Source of the DNA: Yuukianura sp. NJ FZ-2021
Lineage: Eukaryota
NCBI GenBank assembly: GCA_046563655.1
Contig: CM102286.1
Location: 7,936,001 to 8,000,000 of the forward strand
Reading direction: 5' to 3'
Length of the DNA stretch: 64,000 nt
Shown here: positions 1-14,041 of the stretch, in pieces
How positions within the stretch are numbered: the first letter of the stretch is position 1
How the letters are laid out: each line of letters starts with the position of its first letter
The notes under the pieces: model-generated
Databases searched by the model: none
Told to the model about the DNA's origin: nothing
Seen by the model: the letters and a program-made list of their open reading frames with translations, nothing else
Translations under genes and position numbers: made by a program

Positions 1-1322
1 TCAAGTCTTTAGAAGTTCTACGCTTCATATTTTCAAAATCTGTTTTAGAAAAAAGCTGTTTTGAAACATAGTATTAAGATAGTATTATCTTAAGGTGTTT
101 GATTTTACTATTTAGCGTATTAGTTGCATAAGCTTGCTATCCCTAATCTATCAATCTGCCACACGTACAAATATAGTACATCAAGAGATAGTATTTTTTC
201 CAAAAGAAAATTGTTGAAAATTTGTCTTTCGGATTTTCTTTTTGTGAAACCGAGGGAATTTAACAGGTCTGGTGAAAAGCAATTTTTTAGCTCCACCACT
301 CTTTGAAACTGAAATTTTCCCATCGACTTTGGAAAGAGCGATAAGAGATTATTTTTTCGTGAAAGCTTAAGTAGATCTACTAAAGTTTACTTCTTTGTCC
401 TCAACACCGGAAAATTTTCTGAAAACTTTTGCCTGTGTGTTCAATTTTTCGTTCCTTTCTTTAAAAACTTTTTCCATTCAATCTCTTTCTCGTCTTTGTG
501 CGCGCTTACATGAAGGGGTATAAATAATAACGTGAAGATTGGAAACCGTTATGCTTTCGATAATTTGTTAAAGTTCTTACTAGTTTATTTCGGGAATTTA
601 AGGAATACATTGTTGTTTTTTATTTCTGTTGTGTGCGGTTCCATTTTTCTTTAATTACTTTTTGTTCAGCTGACCTTTTGTTTGAAATAATCTTAACAAT
701 CATGGAGTTCTAGCCTCGTCACCATTACTGCCAGGGCTGTTAATCTAAATTAAATAAGTTCAATTATTTAGAGATTTGGGAAGGAGAAAGCATCTATTTT
801 CTAGGACTAGCTGAGAAAAAAATTTCCTAGGATAAGAAAATAGCTCTGCTCCCCTCTTTTCACGTCCTTTAGAAATAGCATGAGTAATTCAGTTTTCCAC
901 ATGACGCAAATCCTTTTCTTAATGAATGAATTAGACACAGCAGGGCCCTCAATTTTCTCTGTCTCAAAAGAAAGTCGGAGAAAACAGGCAGAAAATTAAC
1001 TTCTACACAAAACACTCATTTCGAGCCATATCTGTCAATGCAGCTTGTTAAAGCTGTTCTCTTTTTTCGAGAGAAATTGACTAGAAAATAGGGCAATTCT
1101 TCCCAATGCTCATTGGTCAAGCATACATGATAAAATACACAATGATTGACTACTAAAACTTGAAAACAGTTGATTTGTTAGAGTGCAATTGCTAAATATA
1201 ATTTGAAACATGTTGTTCCGGAGTAATGACGACGTTTGCATTTTCTTCATGTTACAATCCAACCCTTCACAGTTTATAAATTTGTTAATTTGGAATTAAT
1301 TTGTAATGTTGTATTATTTTAG

Positions 1323-4300
1323 CCAAAAGACCTCCGGTTGAGGAGACGTCTAACTTCCTGCAGTCGCTAATTGCGAGTCATGGACCGAACTACCTGGAGA
1401 AGCTGTTCGGTGCCAAAGCACGGGATGCCTTGGCTCCCTTGGGCGGAGTGGAGAAAGTCGCTATTGCATTATCAGGTGAGCCAACTTTCACCAAAGTCAC
1501 TTCTAATTTCTACTTTGGAACCCATTTGGTGTCTTTGCTTCTCCTCGTATCTTCCCATAAGGTTTAAAGTCCATCAACTGGAGGACCTGAAGGGAAAGGA
1601 AAGTAACCTAACCCTATAGTTTGATGTACTTCTAACTTAGCGTAACAAGACAAAGGGGAAAGCGTAGTACAAAACTCCATTATCTTCCAGAAATGAATTT
1701 GTTCTTGGAAGAGGCCTGAGTGCCCTATTAATTTCCAAACTTTCACCCCACCTTACGCCCCCGTACTGGAGCACCACCAGATGCTCTCACCATTTCACGA
1801 ACAACGCCTTTCTCTCTCTAATGGTTTTTGATGTTTCTTTTTCAAATCAGAGCCTTTGTCTCTCTTTTTTGAACTTTCTATTTTAATGACGTCTAAAAAA
1901 ACACCATCAAATTGAAAAGCAAAATCGTGTTCGATTCTTTTTATGTGTCTTGTTTTTTGGAACAAAGAGTTCAATAATCTAAATCGAAATGACGGTTTCT
2001 AGATGGTCGGCTCGTGCCCGTCGTCACTAACGTAGACAAGCAGGGCCTTAGGCTGTTGACCTTAACATTGACTCCCAACGTCCGAATGTATGAAAGCTTT
2101 CAGACATTAAGGTATTTGGGTTGTATCAAACATGGTTCAATTTGTCGACTAATGAAATTTTGCTATTCCTTGGTTAAAAATAGTTTCCGTTTACTAAAAT
2201 CCAATATTCTTGTAGAATATTCCTTCCGGGCTCCTTGAAATTTTTCATATTTGATTTCTCATAAAGTGATGGAAAAGTTATTTTTCAAATTATGTTGTCA
2301 TTCAATTCATTCCAACGTTTGATGCTCAGGGAATAGAAAAATATGAGGTGTTGATTGGTGCCAGGAAGTTGATTAGCATCAGTTGAACCGCTATAGACTT
2401 TGGCCGAAAAGTTTTCCTTTGAAGCTACAAGGGATTTCTGCCGAGTAAAAGTCAAGGACATTTTCCACTTATAGGAATACTGGCCAGAGACTGACTTTTT
2501 CTTTGGTTGCAGCGGTGAAAGCACTGATGCGGAATGAGCATCTGGGTTTGCTATTTACTATATAGAACTTTTTCTCCAGAAGTGGAAATGAGAAATGGTC
2601 TCCCAATGGATTTAGCTAGGATTTGCTACCATTCTGGCACTACTTTCAATACCAGCAATAGAAAAACCAATTCTAACAGAAATAATCTTGGCCTTTATGA
2701 ACTTGCTTTTAATTTAAAAAAAAAAAGTTGAACGAAGTCGGAACAATGTTGCTTTTTTTTCTCCAACAAACCTGTACAATAAAAGGCTTAAAAAGGTAAC
2801 GCTTGTCCCGGATCAAATTAATTTCTTCCATTTAAAAAGCGTACTAAAGTTAATTAAAACAGCAGTTAGTTCATCATGGTCTGTCCTCTCATTGTTTTAT
2901 TCACTTTTATAGCCAATTTTTAGCTATTATGATCGAATATTGAATTTAAATAAGAGAAATCGATTCAATTTGGAAGTACACGATTTCACTTTGCAAAATT
3001 TGGTGACAATTGAAACAAAAACTGATGTTAGTATGTGATCAGTTGCAGTGAATAGTTTCTAATAGTTTGATTACTAATTTGACTTTTTTCATAAAAATCG
3101 AGAAATCGAACTTGAGCTTTTTTCCGATGTTTATATTATTTCCATTTGGTTTTTATATTGTTCTTTCTTGTATTGTTTTCAATTTCCTAACACAAACGAA
3201 ACAGACAAAGGGCATGTTGACTTATAATTTTCCGCTGCACAAGTTATTTCTATGTTGAAACAGCTCAAATTACGCGGCTGGGATGCGCCATAAAGTCATA
3301 GATTCACAGGATGTTTATTTTGCTTTTGAATTATTCAGCGCACATACAGTCCGAAGGCGGAAACAGACGAGCCGTGGTGCGGAAGTAAGTCGTACATGCT
3401 GAATAGAAAGTTCAAAAACTAACTTCAAATGAACGCACAAAAATAAAAAGAAGAAATAATTATAACGAAATATACTGGAAAACTACAGGTTGAAAATTTT
3501 AGTTATAACTCCAAGCTATCCTTCCTGTTTCTCCTTAAATCCTTTTCTTATTTCACAGTTTTCTCCTCTGCTTTGAAACTCGTTTTTTTTTGTTTTTTTT
3601 TTAACAAAAAAGTTCTGCGCGTCTTTTACACTGTCTGTTGATTTTAACAATTCAACTCATGTGCTCTTTTCTTGACAAAGAGGCTTTGTTCCTTTATTAT
3701 TTTGTTTGAAACTATAGAAAAGAATTGAGGGCAAAGAAAACAGTGAAAGAGAAAGTTGAAGCCAAAGAAGAACGACGATGCTTTTGAAGGCAAACTGAAA
3801 GTAAACATGGAAGTCAACCAGCGAATTCGCAGAACCATAGCCTAACTTCGTCGTATAGGCTGGATTGGATCATTATTCTGGAAGAGTGATCCGGAGGCGG
3901 ATGTCGCCACCCCTGTTATCATGATCTTTCGTATTTAGACGCCCGGCCCACCATACACCCAAATATTTATAAAACACAAAGCACGATCTCCGTGCCAGAT
4001 TTTAAATGGGCACGTTCTTCCTCCTCTCTTTTTCGGATGCTGGAGATGTTGGGATATTGCGAAATGGCTTTTGAGTGTCACACGTCGCTGAGTATTTCAA
4101 ATGAAGTTGAGAATTGTAACTGGATTGTGGAGATGGAATCTCGTTGAAATGAAATGTATTTCGAGAGTTGTCTAGTTTGGTTAGGCTTTTCTCCACTTTC
4201 TCCTTTTGTGACAGCTTCCAATATTTTCTCTTGAGACTTTCTCCATACCTTTTAGAGACAGCTAGTAAGATTTATTTTTTTATATTCACGCTTAGCTTAG

Positions 4301-5354
4301 CTTGTGGTCTCCGCAGGGAATTTCAAATGCGAAACTTAAGCCTCTCTCTCAAATTGTGTTGTTGCTACATCAAAGGAAAATGCGTCTCCACCCGACATTG
4401 GCTTAGCACCGCAGCAGAAATCTAAATTCACGATTCGCACCGACACGGTCCATGTATATTTTTAAAAGCTGGCTCTCGGAGTCTTATGAACGGCATTACG
4501 TGGACCCGCGGTTTTATGTATGGCAAAATACGGTAGGTGGACGAACGAAACTTGGCGAAACCTAACCATATACCAACCTTGTCGTGTGCCAGTAAAAGCC
4601 AGGCACATCAAACTACCATCACTACGTTCGGGCGTGGTAAATTAACCGTCCAGAATTGTCCGGTTGCGGATTCTAACAAGCTTGGAATAGCTTTATAAGC
4701 ATGCCTCTTGGCGAAGATGCATCGTCTACCGTGTTTACGTCAGTAGACGCCCTTGTTGTGCTACCACCACTTTATCCGTTTGTCAATATCTTTGACGCAA
4801 TTCAGAAAAGAGAAAACTTGATTCAACTTGGGTGGTGCTCAAATCAAATTTTCATAATTTTACAGCCCTCCGGTCTAAAAGCAAATTACTTCCCGAGATA
4901 AAAGACCAAAAATAAAATATTGGTACTTTTTACTCGTTTTTAGCGGACCCGAAACAAGTAAATTGTGTACTTCGAACAAAAAAAGTTGTAAATCCATTAA
5001 TTATTTGTGGTTCCCGTCCTCTCAATTTCCGAAAACAGGTTCAAAATTTCACAAATAACTTTTGACATCAAAGACACCAAATTTGCGTGGGTGCTTTCCC
5101 AACAAACTAAATTCGATTTTTCAGACTCAAAATCAATTTTGTTGTTTCGTCTATGTTTAGAATCGCAAACGATCGAAGACTTTGGAGCTGCTCTGCATTT
5201 ACTACGAAGTGACTTGGACCATCTCAGATCCGTTTTTGTGGCAGTGGAGAACGGTGACCTGGGCATGCTTAAATCACTGGGAATAAAAGACTCCGAAATT
5301 GGAGACGTGAGATTCTTCCTGGAGAGGCTTGTCAATACTGGATTCCTGGACTAA
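1323..5354 (+). CDS. Last two coding exons (1323-1475, 5161-5354) of an unidentified gene that starts upstream of these exons
   Basis: The AG/GT-bounded 153-nt exon (..KRPPVEETSNFLQSLIASHGPNYLEKLFGAKARDALAPLGGVEKVAIALS) joins in phase 1 to ESQTIEDFGAALHLLRSDLDHLRSVF...LVNTGFLD-stop. Protein-like composition; family not recognised. Confidence 0.7.
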
Positions 5355-7190
5355 AAACAAAGACTCCCACGCTACTTCCCCAACTAGAACACTGGAACAG
5401 CATCTACCCGCCGCCATTTGTAAAAGCTTACACTTCCCTTTTTAGTTGTCTCCTATTGTTAAGGGTACCTAAACCTATTTGGCCAAGGACTGACTTCCTC
5501 CATGACGCCATTCCACCAACACCCCCGCGTCGACTACCCTAACCTACTGTACTTTGTCAACGTCACTACTCCTTTATTCACTTTCTCCTGTCCCGTTCTG
5601 GTGAATCCCCAATGAACAAACAGAGTGACAAGCTTTAAATCACAGTTTCCATTTACTTCTTCAGCACCTTTTCAATCCAATTGAACGTAGAACGAAATCA
5701 GACAGGAGGACATGCCATTTTCTGAGAACTTTCGGCTTATAAACTACTTTCCCTTCCATTCCTAACTTAAACTTAACCTTTTCCAACTTCCAACTTGGAA
5801 AGCTTAATACTTAAGAACTATTCTCTTGCAAATCGTATCAAATTTAAACAGTTGAATGGAATGACAGGTTATACTTTAGTACCAAAGTTTACTCAAATTC
5901 ATCATAGCACAACCTAACCTTATAAGAAAACCTTGACAGAGTAGTATAAGGCTTTGAATGGCTGTGAAAATGATACGTGTGAATCTTTTCAAAATTTTGA
6001 AAAATTTGTGCTTCACTACTACGATGCATATCACTTTAAAAAAACAGATCATATCAGACGCTGTATGCTTTAAATCATACATATATGACTAAACATAAGA
6101 CAAGAATGAAGGGTAGAAAAAGTTTTTAGCACACAGAGTTCATTCAGTATCAAAATCCATAGAAATGTGCGTGTTGTCAATGAATGAAAAGGAAAATCCA
6201 TTTTCAAAATTTGGAGAAAGTTTTTGACTTGGAGATTCGACTAACATTGCGGAAACTTTAATTTATGTGCTAAAACATATCTTTACCAATTAAAATTAAA
6301 CTAAAACATATCAGAGACACAAGGTATCAAAACTATTTGTCATTTGTACATATCTCAAAACTGGTCAAAATTTAACAACATATCAAATTGATATTTTGTG
6401 GGCAGAAACTGAAAGAGTGAGAGTAAATACAAAAAAGCTTTTCCAAAATGTATTTCTGGAAATTTTAGTTGAAGTGAAAAACAATTAGTGTGTGGATGAA
6501 AACTGAAATTGTTATGCAATTGAGCCGAAACGAAAGTGAACCTGGACTTATAAAAAAGGATTCTAATCTTATGGCCCTTGTGTGTTTGTGATTGTGTACA
6601 TTAAAGCTTTGGGAGTTAATAGGGCGGGAAAGTTCAAATTTCCCATGCAAAATGCTAATGGAATGCAAATCACTTTTCTTTTGATTTCGTGCAAATTTTA
6701 GTAAGTTTTTTTTTTTTTGGCGAGAGGTTGGTGCTGGTGAAAGGGTGAAAGCAACCCAAAGAACAGATGCAATGTGCATAGCAAAATCATAATTATAAGC
6801 CCTGTAGACTCTACCCATTTGTTTAAATTTGAGCTCCGCGGGGGAAAGTTTTGGATTTAAAAATTCAGTTTTGCCTCTTAAAGTGGAAAGTTCTGTAAAA
6901 ATTTTCTTGACTTTTTCTTGTGAGTACTCGAGGGACGGAAGGAACGTCGTTGAAAAAATCTTTTAAAAGCAGTTGGTGTAATAAATTTTGAAATGTTGCC
7001 GCCTCGTTATACAGAGAATTGGGTAGCAATTATTTATTCAAACCTCCTTTCACCAGCCAAAAATTTGAAGGAATTAAGGCCGGTAATGTGTGTGCGCACT
7101 TGAATTATTAATACTGGAATGGCTTTATTAAACTCCAGCGCCAATACTTTCAGCTACATTATTGTGCCATTCTTCTCTCCCGTCTTTAGA

Positions 7191-8109
7191 TGGTTCCAGG
7201 TCATAAGGGCCAAACCAAAAAGGGCCAATCCAATAAGGGCCAGTCAAAAAGGGCCGAAAAAAATAAGGGCCAAATCAATAAGGGCCAATCCAATAAGGGC
7301 TATTTTCAATAAGAGCTAAAAAAAATAAGGGCCAATCCAATAATGGCTAAAAAAAATAAGGGCCAATCGAAAAAATTCTGGTTTAGTGTACTATTTTTGA
7401 AAATGCTGAAAATTTTTGTGCAGGCCCTACATGGACACCCGATAACGAAAAAAACCTTGACCGAAAATCAAAAACCCAATTTCAAAAAAATCATAATTTT
7501 GAAAAAGAAAAATTAACCTAACCTAACCCTTTTGTCCTCTAATGTAAGACAAAAAAGTTATGAACTTTTGAACCTAACCAAACCTAACCTTGATTAATCA
7601 GTACACCTCCGTAATTTGCATAGGGACATCAAAGATGCCCTAGAGCTTTGGTATTGAACAGAATAATCAGCAGTGTCAACGTAACCAAACCTAACGCCGC
7701 GCCTTCGGCGCGGGAAACTAAAAGAATTCAACAGCAAGGATTGCCAACTTGAATTCAGCAGTTACTTTATTCTCGTTCGGCTTCAAAAATTTATAAATAT
7801 CTTTATTTATCTTTATTTAGCTTACATCCTGCAACAAAAGTTCTTGCATAATCGTGGTCAGCACACTTTAATTAGTCTGGAAACCGACTTTCATGCAATT
7901 CGGAATTTTTTTTACGCTAAACCAGAATTTTTTTGATTGGCCCTTATTTTTTTAGCCCTTATTGGATTGGCCCTTATTTTTTTTAGCTCTTATTGAAAAT
8001 AGCCTTTATTGGATTGGCCCTTATTGATTTGGCCCTTATTTTTTCTGGCCCTTTTTGACTGGCCCTTATTGGATTGGCCCTTTTTGGTTTGGCCCTTATG
8101 ACCTGCTAC
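7191..8109. mobile_element. Foldback-type MITE with ATAAGGGCC-like repeat arrays in ~190-bp TIRs; 9-bp TSD (MULE- or Merlin-like)
   Basis: Arms CAGGTCATAAGGGCC... / ...GGCCCTTATGACCTG; GTCTTTAGA repeated at 7182-7190 and 8110-8118 (boundary ambiguous by 1 nt). Related copy at 57958-58545. Confidence 0.85.
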
Positions 8110-11100
8110 GTCTTTAGATAACTATTTGGAAAGAAATGGAAAAGGATGAATGATTCTATTTAAATTTATGAATCGGTGTTTGTGTATTGTGCGACCTGTC
8201 AATTGAAACGGAATGGCATTAGAGTGAGTACATCGATTTTTCTGATATCCTTACCAGAAATGTAAAGAAACAAACATTTCAATTAAACCGGATTTTAACT
8301 AAAGTAGAAAATAAATAAATACAAAAGCAAATTCTAATGAGTTACAAATAGTGAAATACACATTTTTTGTAGCAACATTTTGTTTAGATAACTAGAAACT
8401 AATAATGTAGAAAATTAAATATTCTTCTAAGCATTATGTAATAATTACACTACACTATATACTTCCACTTTAGCAGACATCTTACAGACTGTAACACTTG
8501 TTATTGATTACCACAATGACCTAACGTAAACTCGTGGTGCTAACGGAAGTATTATTTAGTTTGAAATCTGAAACTCAACTTATTGCAGGATGAAATCTAT
8601 GGCTTCAGATCTACATAGACTAACAGATTTTAGCGTAAAGTTCACATGTGGCACCTTTCATTGAATTAAGTTTAGTCACAGATTATTATGGATTTGGTGG
8701 ATTTGGATTAATTATGGATTTGGGTGCAAAAACTTTGTAATTTGGAATTTGAAAATGTTGCAAGGTAATTGGTTACAGTCCGCGTACTGATGAACTTAGC
8801 GGCACACAACGACCTATTGAATACGCCCCTTAACATCAAAACTAACATCTTCCGCTAGGTTTTTCAGGAGGGACTGCAACCAGTTCACAAGCAAAAACTA
8901 ATTCTGAAACGGACAGGTAAAGTGTGATATTTAACGGTCTATGATTTCAAATAGTTTTGGAAGGCTTCTGATTTCTATTTTATGCATTTGAGTTCTCTAA
9001 ACGTTATTTTGAATTGTAAAACATCAATTACTAAAACTGTTTAGCTTCACTTGTAGTCTAGTTAGTTACCTCATGTATAGGTTAACTGAATCTTTCCGGG
9101 TTTGTTCTGCAAATGAATTCCTGGAATCAATTATAAATAAGCTACAAAATAGAGGTTGTTGAAAAACTTCGTCCTCAATCCGGTTATTCCCTGTGTGAAA
9201 TTGAAATAAATTTAATTTGATTGGATGTGACTTGAATATATTTTTCTGTTAAGTTTCACTTTTTCAAAAAAACGAAACATTTATGACAAAACAGATTTGT
9301 TCCAGGGGTAGGTACGGTAAAACTTCTGATATTTGAAGGTACCCAATGAAAGCCGGGTCTCTAAAATAAGCCTGCTACAAACCGGAAAATTCTAAATAAA
9401 TCCCGCTCTCTAATACGCACAAGATCTGGAGACGCGGAGGTTAAATAGAATACCAGGCTTGTATTAGATGTTTTACGGGAATTGGTATTGTTCGAACCTT
9501 TTACAGGCAAAGTAACCAAAAAACGGGGTAAGCGTTCTTTTTTTGTTAACGGAGCCTATTCCGAACACTTTTCATTTTAACAAGTCCAATGTGACATGGA
9601 CAGCTCAAGTAATGCGAAGCTCGTGAAAGAGTAATGAACAGCCAGAAACCAAAATTTGGATAGAAAAAAAAATAATCGCCTGTGAGTCTACACTTTTTCT
9701 TCTTGTTCGTTTCTTTTTTTCTTTTGAAAATCTAAAAACCCTTTTTCCTTTCACTTCCAGATCTTTCTGAAGAGAGTGAAAGCACTGAAATATTTAGTAC
9801 GCTGAAGTTCATTCATTCCGCAGAGCCGAAATCCCTGTGAGAACGTGCACCTTTCCTTCTTTTCGAAAACTTTCCACAAGTTTATTGACGTTGCTTTGCC
9901 CCCAAACTGCTGTCAGTTCCACTTCCAACATCTTACAAGAAAACACGTAACAGTTGCAGTTACAACCAAAGCTGTTGTCGGACTCGACAAAATCGACAGC
10001 AATGAAACACGGTCGGAAAACTTTTCTGAACAAAATAGGTCTGTGCTCTCACATAAAAGTTGATCTTTTCTTGCTTCTATTTGGTTTTTCCTTTTACTAA
10101 AAACGTATTTTGTTGAGCGGGAAAAAGGAGAACCGCTCGTTCCAAAAATCCGAACCAAGGCCAACTAAAAAAACATTCAGAAAAGGTTTTCACCGGGGTT
10201 TGGAAGGTTGAATTTCAAGAGAAAACATTGCTAGCGGCAGCTTCCTTCCACCAACAAAAGCGCCTTTTTCCTTTTACGTCAGACAAGTTTTCTTTTCGAA
10301 TTTTCAAATTTTCTGAGAAGAAAGGAAAAGAGGGAAGTTGAGTACTGTTCTGCAGGGACTCCATGGCCTGTGTGTTGAAGTTCGTAAATTATTCATAACC
10401 TAAGGAATAAACAAGAGGTAGAGAGAAAAGGCCAAGATTTATGTCAGCGAATCCATGGCTTTCATGATTAAAAGGTTGTAAGGCTGAAATGATGTGGGGA
10501 AAATAAATTAAAAGTTTACCACCTACAAAGTTATTGTGTAGGTAGAATATCATGAACATTTACTTTCGCAGTGACTTTTATAGAATAGGTGAAAGGTTAC
10601 GGTTAGAGTGAAAAGTGAAACCTAAAACCTAATGTAAAAGGATAAATTGACCATTTTTGACAAAAAAAAACGCTTTGAAAAATATGATATTTTTCCCTGA
10701 ATTTTAGAACGCAGTATAACGAAACCGGGGGAGTTTGAAACACACCAACGCAAAGTGTCACGTTTAGTTTCTGTTTCATCTAACACAAAGCCCATCGTAA
10801 AGTGTAATGTTTCTACGACTACCTAAATATACGCAAAAGTGGCACACATAATCACTAAAGCTTATTTCTTTTTTGCGCAGAAGCTGCTTCAGGTTAACCA
10901 TCTCTTACAAAAACACAATTTCCAGGGATATAATATCAAGAACCTGAAATAATATTGCAGAAAAATTCAAATTTAATGTTCACTAAGGAACTAAAGTTTA
11001 ATGTTCTTCACAAATTTTTTCAGGAAAAGAAATGGGCCAAAAGGAATATTTCAAAAGAAAATGTTTATTTTGCGACATTGGACTAAATTTTGTGTCTCTA

Positions 11101-12284
11101 AGAAATGGAATGGGCGAGGTCTTTCTTTTTTCTCTCGTGTCACCTTGGTCAGGGTTGGTTAGTTTCACATACAACCTTAGCCAAAGTTTTTAAACTCTTT
11201 CAATAAAAGAATCTTAAATGTCAAATGCACCTTTGAGAATTGGGACCATTGCCTCTTTTCTGTTTTGGAATCATGTTACGAAAATCAACAGAAAACAAGT
11301 AAAGTAACCAAAGCAAAGTGTGTACAGTTTCGTGACGCCTTTAAGTTTACCCCACTTCATTTGAACTTTGTAACTCAAATGGCAAAAATAAATTGCGGTG
11401 TGATACCAAGTAAACTTATTTGAGACATGATAGATGTACCAAGACCAAGGCGCTATCTGAAGCAAACGCACAGCAAAAAATAAATGCATATGCGTATAAG
11501 AAAAGGCGCTTTTACTGGTTACCAGTTCAGTTTTTGATCACTTTCGGGATTCTTTGGAAGTGTGACCAGTTATAATTACGATAATTCCATTATTTTAAAT
11601 TTAATATATAATAACAAACATTGAAAAAAACAAAATTACTTATTTTTGAAAATCTACTGCAAATATTCTTTATAACAAGCTATTAAAACAGTTGATAAGT
11701 ATTATTTCATTGTGCTGTCAAACTCCGTTAATTTTATCTCGTTATCACAAGCATAAGGCAAGCGTTGGTCTGCATTTGATTTATGGCTTACTTGATGACT
11801 TAGCAAAACTTTTAACATATTATAACTACCACTAATGCTTAAAATTTTGGTAATGGTAATAAGGTGTGTTACTCGTTAAACCACAAGCGCAAGGCTTTTA
11901 GTGGAATGGTTTTCCAGCTTTAAATTATTTTTTGCGATAAATTATAAAGTCACTAGCATATTTTTGTTGGATAGACAGTATTTTGTGTGATGGAATTGAT
12001 GAGGCGTTGTTTAGTGTATTGGGACTATAAGAAACGGCATGTGGATGACATGAAAAGTAATTGTGGGATTCAGCGAAGTGGATCTCATTGGAAGATTAGC
12101 ATAACTGACACTTGCGGTCATGTTAAAAGGATGTTCCTACACTGACAAGCGAACTTGTGTCTAGCAGTTTGCATGAATCATCGAAACAGTTCAAAATTAA
12201 GTATGTCAGGTTTAAATTGATGCCAGTTTGCAGGAGTAGGTACGGCATTCTGCCTGTTAAAAGTTTTAGTCTCTTCTGTCAAAT

Positions 12285-14041
12285 ATGGTTCAACTAACTG
12301 AAAAAGAGCGTCTACTAGTAGAACAAGTAAGCAAATGTGATTTGTAGTTATATTTAAATTTGATGTTTTAGTTATTTAATGTAGTATTGTTATTGTTATA
12401 TTTACTACAGTGCAATACGGCACAGAATTACGTTGTAAATTTAAGAGTTGCAGTTTTTGTTTATTTAACAGTTAATTTTCTTTGTTTTTGTATTCAGTTG
12501 CGTGAGAAAGTGAAGGGCGTTTGGACAGAAGAATATTTACTGAGCGATGGAAATCTGAGTCATTGGTTGCAGTGTAAGAAGTAAAACTGACTTGAATTTC
12601 AGTGTTTTTATTACAATATATTCATACTCTATTATGTTAATTCAACTTCATATCTTATTCCTTTTTTCGCAGACAAAAATTGGAAAGTTGAAAAAGCGGA
12701 GAAAGCTATTCACAAGGTAGCCCTTGATGTTTATTTGTTTTATTTCCAGAAACTTTAAAATCTGTTCTCAAAGTTTATTATTTTCTTTATTCCAATTTGT
12801 AGAGCATTAAATGGCGAGAGGATAAAAAGTTGAATGGAATTCTGGAAGAGAAATTTGGCGACTTCTATGATAATTTAAAATACTATACAGATGGCATTGA
12901 CAAACAAGGAAGAGTCGGTAAGTTCAGCAGAACTGCAAGAACCAATATGTAAGAAAAAAAAATCAGATTTATCGTTAGTATGTGCATTAACTGTTAAAGT
13001 CTTGTGTGGATGAAAAAATTGTAAACTTTTGAAGGCGTGCTCAAGTGAATGCTTACGTTGCAAAAAGAGAAAACTTTACCAATTATGGTTCGAAGAAGTT
13101 GCTAAGGGCATTTGTAGAACAATTGAGTTAAAAAATCCTTACTTTCTCCTAACACAAATTCTTAACTTTCTTTGTCGGTAGTCTGGAGTGCTTGGACTGA
13201 CCAAGTAGACACCAAAACAGCCTTAGAGCATTACCTGGCTGACAAGGACAAAGGTGACCGTCACCAGATCTACCGGACAGAGTTACTCTTTGACATGGTG
13301 AAAAAGGCTTACGCTAAATCCGGCGGAAGCGTTAACTCTTGTGTAGTCATCCTGGACTGCAAAGGCCTCAAGCTGAAACCCTTCATGCCTAAGCTAATTG
13401 AACGTAAGGTCATGTCGGTGTCACTCTGCTCGACAGATGCGCCTTGTACTCTTGTCTTTGTTGCCAAAAATCAATTTAACTTTGTTAGTCGAACAGAACC
13501 AGAACCTAACTCAGGCCTAACTTTTGCTACTCCACAGTCGTTCCGAGAGCTGGTTCTCAAGCAAAAGAGCTGGAGAGAAACTACCCTGGTTTAATGGAGA
13601 AAACTTATGTGATAAACGGTAAGTCTCAGTATCATTAACAAAAATTACCTACAGATTACACAAAATTGGAGTTTCCATTTTTAAAAACTGAGAGAAACCC
13701 AGAAACCCACAACATTTAAAGTCCGGAAAAAATGTAGTTCACGTCATGCACTTTTGTTTCCTTCGAATGAAACCTTTTTTTTTGGTTAATGTATTTTCAC
13801 TTGCCATTTTAGAGGATTACGATCAATAATGTGTTTTTACCGCCGATTTTTTTTTAATTTAGCACCTAACAAAGTAAATACACTTTTTACTCTCATCAAA
13901 CCGTTTCTGAAATCGGATACAACCAGGAAAATAAAAATTTTTGGAAAGAACAACGAAAAGTGGCGTGAGGTAATTTTGCAGGAAATTGAGGCCGAGCAGT
14001 TACATCAACGCTTTGGAGGAACACTTCCGGATAAACCCTAA
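12285..14041 (+). CDS. SEC14-like CRAL-TRIO lipid-binding protein, 7 exons
   Basis: Phase-compatible GT-AG exons give MVQLTEKERLLVEQ/LREKV...WLQ/YKNWKVEKAEK../SIKWRED...DGIDKQGRV/..VVILDCKGLKLK../..NYPGLMEKTYVIN/APNKVNTLFTLIKPFL...IKIFG...RFGGT. G-x-D-x-x-GR, NYP...IN-AP and terminal GG-T are CRAL-TRIO hallmarks. Confidence 0.9.

Noticed and set aside
8200..12200. Short ORFs around 9809-10164 and 11271-11489
   Set aside because: No recognisable motifs or consistent exon chain.
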